From NCBI GenBank assembly GCA_937921305.1, contig CAKZSU010000005.1, forward strand, positions 74,740 through 138,739: a stretch of 64,000 nt of DNA, in the 5' to 3' direction. Under the pieces are notes generated by a model. The model had not been told where the DNA came from. It worked only from the letters and a program-made list of their open reading frames with translations, and did not search any database. Source of the DNA: an uncultured Patescibacteria group bacterium. GTDB taxonomy: Bacteria > Patescibacteriota > Microgenomatia > UBA10105 > UBA927. A program made the translations under genes and the position numbers. Numbering within the stretch: the first letter of the stretch is position 1; each line of letters begins with the position of its first letter. Shown here piece after piece: positions 60,907 to 64,000 of the stretch.

Positions 60907-62722
60907 GGAGTTCTTTTAGGAAGTCATAAAGATTTGCGGAGGCGGCACAGACAACGGTATCTGCACCTCCATAATACACAATAAGTTGATCATCTTTGAT
61001 AATTGCTCCGCAGGGATAAACAACGCCTCCCTTGAATCCTACGTTGTCATGCGGATGGTCTGGCTGAAGAATTGGTACAACAGACCGCGCGATGACTTTT
61101 GTTGGATCGTGAAGATCAAGGAGCATCGCTCCGACTTTATATCTTCCGCCGTCTTTCTCTCCCACAGCATGATAAATAAGAAGCCATCCGAAAGGCGTTT
61201 TTAGTGGTGGCGCTCCAGCTCCGACTTTTCTTGTATCCCATAATGTTCTGCTTGGTTTTATTCGATATTCTCCTTTTAAGAAGGTTTCTCCGTCAAAATC
61301 GAGGTGATCGACATAATCAAGCAAAATATTTGGATAAATTCGGTGCATGATGGCGTATTTTCCATTAATTTTCTCTGGAAAGATCACGCAGTTTTTGTCC
61401 ACAACGCCTGGCGGAGAGATAAGAATGGGCGTTTTCCAATTCCATTGCTTGGCGTGAAAGTCTTCTACTGAGATAGACGACAATGCAACGCGCGGTGGAT
61501 TTGCCCCGTCATACGCGACGTAGGTAAGGTAATATCGATCTTGAATTTTTGTTAGTCTTGGATCTTCACACCCGCCATACCCTCCACCGCCAGATTCGTA
61601 TGGACTTTTTGCTGATGCAACCGCTGCTGACCAATGTGGCATAGTGACGGGAAGTTCAAATGGCTGTGTCGGCACATAGACTGGTTCATCGGGATGATCG
61701 TCAAAGGTGAATCCATCGGCGCTTGAGGCATATCCTAACACCGATGTGTCCGTGTCTCCTATGGCGCGATACACTAGATGTACGCGGTCCTTATCATATA
61801 TCGCGGCGGCGTTAAATGTTTGTTTGCTTTCCCAGAAATTTTCTGGTCTCGGCTGAATGACTGGGTTTGTTTCAGATCGTTTTAATAGAATATTTGTAAA
61901 TTGCGTTGTTTTGGTAACCATGTGATGAAATGTAGTGTGTGTAATCGCAAATACACCCTCTCCTTCAAAATCCCAGTAGGATACAAGTTCTTTTCCGTTG
62001 TATACAATCCCTATTGGTTCAACAATTTTCCCTTCCCACCCTTGATGGTGTTCCCAGATGGTTTCTGCTTGCCATGATACTGAAAGAAGATTAGTTTTAT
62101 CAATCATCGCGCCATGGAGCGACCAATGTCTTCCGCCAAATCCTCTCGCAAAGTAGAGCAACGCGATTCCCTGATCCATGATAATTGCCGTTCCTGCAAT
62201 GTGCGACAGTGTTCCCCATTGGTCGCTTTGAGCTGGCAGTATTGGCGTCGAGTGAACTTTCCATTGGAGAAAATCTGGCGATTCTGCCACGCGAATATCA
62301 TGATTTCCAAAAAACATGGCGAATTTCCCTTGATGATAATAGTTGGGCACGATTGTTCCCGTTTCCGCAATTTCATGAATCCACCCGACTTCTTTCCACT
62401 GAATAAGATTTTTCGATAGCGCAAGATGCATTCTCCTCGGCGAATGATTCCAATCGATATATGTCATCGCAAAGACATTCCCAAGCATCGATATGCGGAT
62501 GTTGTTGATGTTTCTTACATCAACGAGATTATTATGTTTGTCTTTGATTGATGGATGCTCGTGAAATGTTTTGATCGACATGGTATCGTCTGATGAAAGC
62601 AATTGGAGCGCGCATCGTTCGCCGTCATGAACCATATAGTATAGATAGATATTTCCTTCATGATAATAGACGCCAAGCCCTCGAGAAGTGTCGGATCTTG
62701 GTGGGATAAGAATAGTGTTCAT
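60830..62722 (-). CDS. GH130-like (DUF377) beta-propeller protein with additional N-terminal beta-rich module, paralog of the preceding gene
   Basis: GGCEDPRLTKIQDRYYLTYVAYDG, FNAAAIYDKDRVHLVYRAIGDTDTSVLGYASS. 630 aa. 3' end overlaps the next gene by 77 nt. Confidence 0.55.
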   Translation of the reverse strand: MNTILIPPRSDTSRGLGVYYHEGNIYLYYMVHDGERCALQLLSSDDTMSIKTFHEHPSIKDKHNNLVDVRNINNIRISMLGNVFAMTYIDWNHSPRRMHLALSKNLIQWKEVGWIHEIAETGTIVPNYYHQGKFAMFFGNHDIRVAESPDFLQWKVHSTPILPAQSDQWGTLSHIAGTAIIMDQGIALLYFARGFGGRHWSLHGAMIDKTNLLSVSWQAETIWEHHQGWEGKIVEPIGIVYNGKELVSYWDFEGEGVFAITHTTFHHMVTKTTQFTNILLKRSETNPVIQPRPENFWESKQTFNAAAIYDKDRVHLVYRAIGDTDTSVLGYASSADGFTFDDHPDEPVYVPTQPFELPVTMPHWSAAVASAKSPYESGGGGYGGCEDPRLTKIQDRYYLTYVAYDGANPPRVALSSISVEDFHAKQWNWKTPILISPPGVVDKNCVIFPEKINGKYAIMHRIYPNILLDYVDHLDFDGETFLKGEYRIKPSRTLWDTRKVGAGAPPLKTPFGWLLIYHAVGEKDGGRYKVGAMLLDLHDPTKVIARSVVPILQPDHPHDNVGFKGGVVYPCGAIIKDDQLIVYYGGADTVVCAASANLYDFLKELLATGSTRLHYVHTYTPKGVPLHDQL

Positions 62723-62868
62723 AACAATTACCTAGAATAAATCCACCGGATTTTTACCCGATTTATATTAGTAGTATCGTGTTTCATGTCTGAATGCAAT
62801 ATGGAACTTTTGGGAATAATTGAAAAAGAATTTAGGATGGTAGGATGACGAAAATGAACGTTTATACA

Positions 62869-62894
62869 TCTTTGTCGTGCTGAAACGAGTTCAG
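62869..62894. repeat. copy of the hairpin repeat, identical 24-mer to 16393-16416
   Basis: tgctgaaacgagttcagcatgatacg. Confidence 0.6.
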
Positions 62895-63026
62895 CATGAT
62901 ACGAAATGAGGTTTTAGAATGATAAAAGAATGTCGTACAAGTAACTATGCATAAAATACTCATGATAATAGATAAATGTCTGGACAATTCTAAAAAAAGC
63001 TCGTAACATACAATTAAAGAAATCAT

Positions 63027-63416
63027 ATGCCAAGCAAAAATTATACCCTCTTTTTCATTCTTAGCGTAGGATTTGTGTTGATCACGATGGCGTTTATTAC
63101 GATTTTGGGCCAAACAACTAGCAAAGATGGTGAAGCGACAGATATTCGCGCGAAAGCGACAGTTGCGAATTCCTTAAAACTTGTTGGGAATGTTATATCG
63201 ATTGATCCATCTACTAGAACATTGGTTGTTAGTGATGTCAAATTTGAAAGTAAAAAAAATGAAACGCAAACAATGGGAACATGGACGGTAACGATAGCGG
63301 GAGATGTCAATATGACAACGATTACACCAGGAAGACAGGTGCTTATCAGCGCTGACGCTTCTACATTTAATATTACAAATAATACGATGACCGCTCTTGC
63401 CGTCTCGCCCTTGTAA
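63027..63416 (+). CDS. membrane-anchored/secreted hypothetical protein
   Basis: N-terminal TM/signal (YTLFFILSVGFVLITMAFITILG), then a beta-rich 100-aa domain. Confidence 0.45.
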   Translation: MPSKNYTLFFILSVGFVLITMAFITILGQTTSKDGEATDIRAKATVANSLKLVGNVISIDPSTRTLVVSDVKFESKKNETQTMGTWTVTIAGDVNMTTITPGRQVLISADASTFNITNNTMTALAVSPL

Positions 63417-63421
63417 ACGAA

Positions 63422-64000
63422 TTATTTTCTTTTTGTAACCTTGGAGCCTTCTGTCGTATCGATAATGTTGTACCCTCGTTGTGTTATTTCTTCTCGTATC
63501 GCGTCTGCGTCTTGGAATTTTCCTTGTTTCCGAAGTGTTTGACGTTCTTCAAGAAGGCGTATGATTTCCTCTGGAATGGGTTCATCAGTGTTTTTTTTGT
63601 CTGAAAACGCGTCTAATTTTAGTCCAAGCACGGTGTCAAAATCGAGGAGAAGATCGGCTTTGTCTTGCGGAGGAATATTTGATTTTGCTGTTTCCCAAAC
63701 AATCGAAAGCGCTTGCGGTGTGTTAAAATCGTTTGCGAGCACAGCGTCGAATCGCGTTCTGAAATCGTCGATTTTTTTGAGCTTTTCCTCTGACAATTGG
63801 TCTCGTTCGTGACGATCGGCGGTTTCTTGAATATTTTTCATATATCGTCGAAGTTCATGAAGCGCGTTTTCCGCTCCTCGAATCGCTTCCCATGTGAAGT
63901 TTAATGGTTTTCTATAATGCGCCGTGAGATAGAAATAGCGAAGCGTGAGTGGGTCTATACCCCGTTCTATCACATCTGCGATGCGGCAAAAGTTGCCAAG
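63422..64000 (-). CDS. cysS: cysteinyl-tRNA synthetase, C-terminal part (gene continues past the window end)
   Basis: LRYFYLTAHYRKPLNFTWEAIRGAENAL...DDFNTPQALSIVWE matches the CysS anticodon-binding/DALR region. Confidence 0.8.
   Translation of the reverse strand, partial: LGNFCRIADVIERGIDPLTLRYFYLTAHYRKPLNFTWEAIRGAENALHELRRYMKNIQETADRHERDQLSEEKLKKIDDFRTRFDAVLANDFNTPQALSIVWETAKSNIPPQDKADLLLDFDTVLGLKLDAFSDKKNTDEPIPEEIIRLLEERQTLRKQGKFQDADAIREEITQRGYNIIDTTEGSKVTKRK

Overview
A 64-kb, roughly 40% GC bacterial chromosomal segment, densely packed with genes; short gene overlaps (ATGA/TGA) are frequent. Gene content and style suggest a reduced-genome, monoderm-like bacterium, possibly CPR/Patescibacteria; this is an inference, not a database result. 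Housekeeping blocks: tgt; gyrB-ppa-gyrA; trmD/KH protein/rpsP/rnc/nusB/rpmF; recG; tyrS; a class-A PBP; pheST-rplT-rpmI-infC-thrS; tig; one tRNA-Val; and a partial cysS. A complete type IV pilus locus lies at 16.4-27.4 kb: pilC, pilT and pilB on the minus strand, then a major pilin, pilD, six pilin-like genes including one PilX-like, and pilMNO; no secretin. Accessory-looking regions: (i) 5.7-8.5 kb, a long repeat-rich non-coding stretch, an HNH nuclease plus a small Cys/His protein, a frameshifted TIM-barrel gene, and an att/dif-like 16-bp direct repeat that brackets this islet right next to a xerC-like recombinase gene; (ii) 42.7-52.5 kb, a GT39-like glycosyltransferase, a methyltransferase, a sortase, and four paralogous secreted/surface proteins built from an unrecognised ~90-100 aa Asn/Thr/Gly-rich repeat with conserved Cys pairs; (iii) 53.2-62.7 kb, a DUF2079 membrane protein, a second frameshifted methyltransferase, pgl, and two tandem double-domain GH130-like beta-propeller proteins. 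A family of short CTGAA-loop-TTCAG hairpins followed by GATGACA/CATGATA recurs in at least seven intergenic regions. No CRISPR array, rRNA or transposase was seen.
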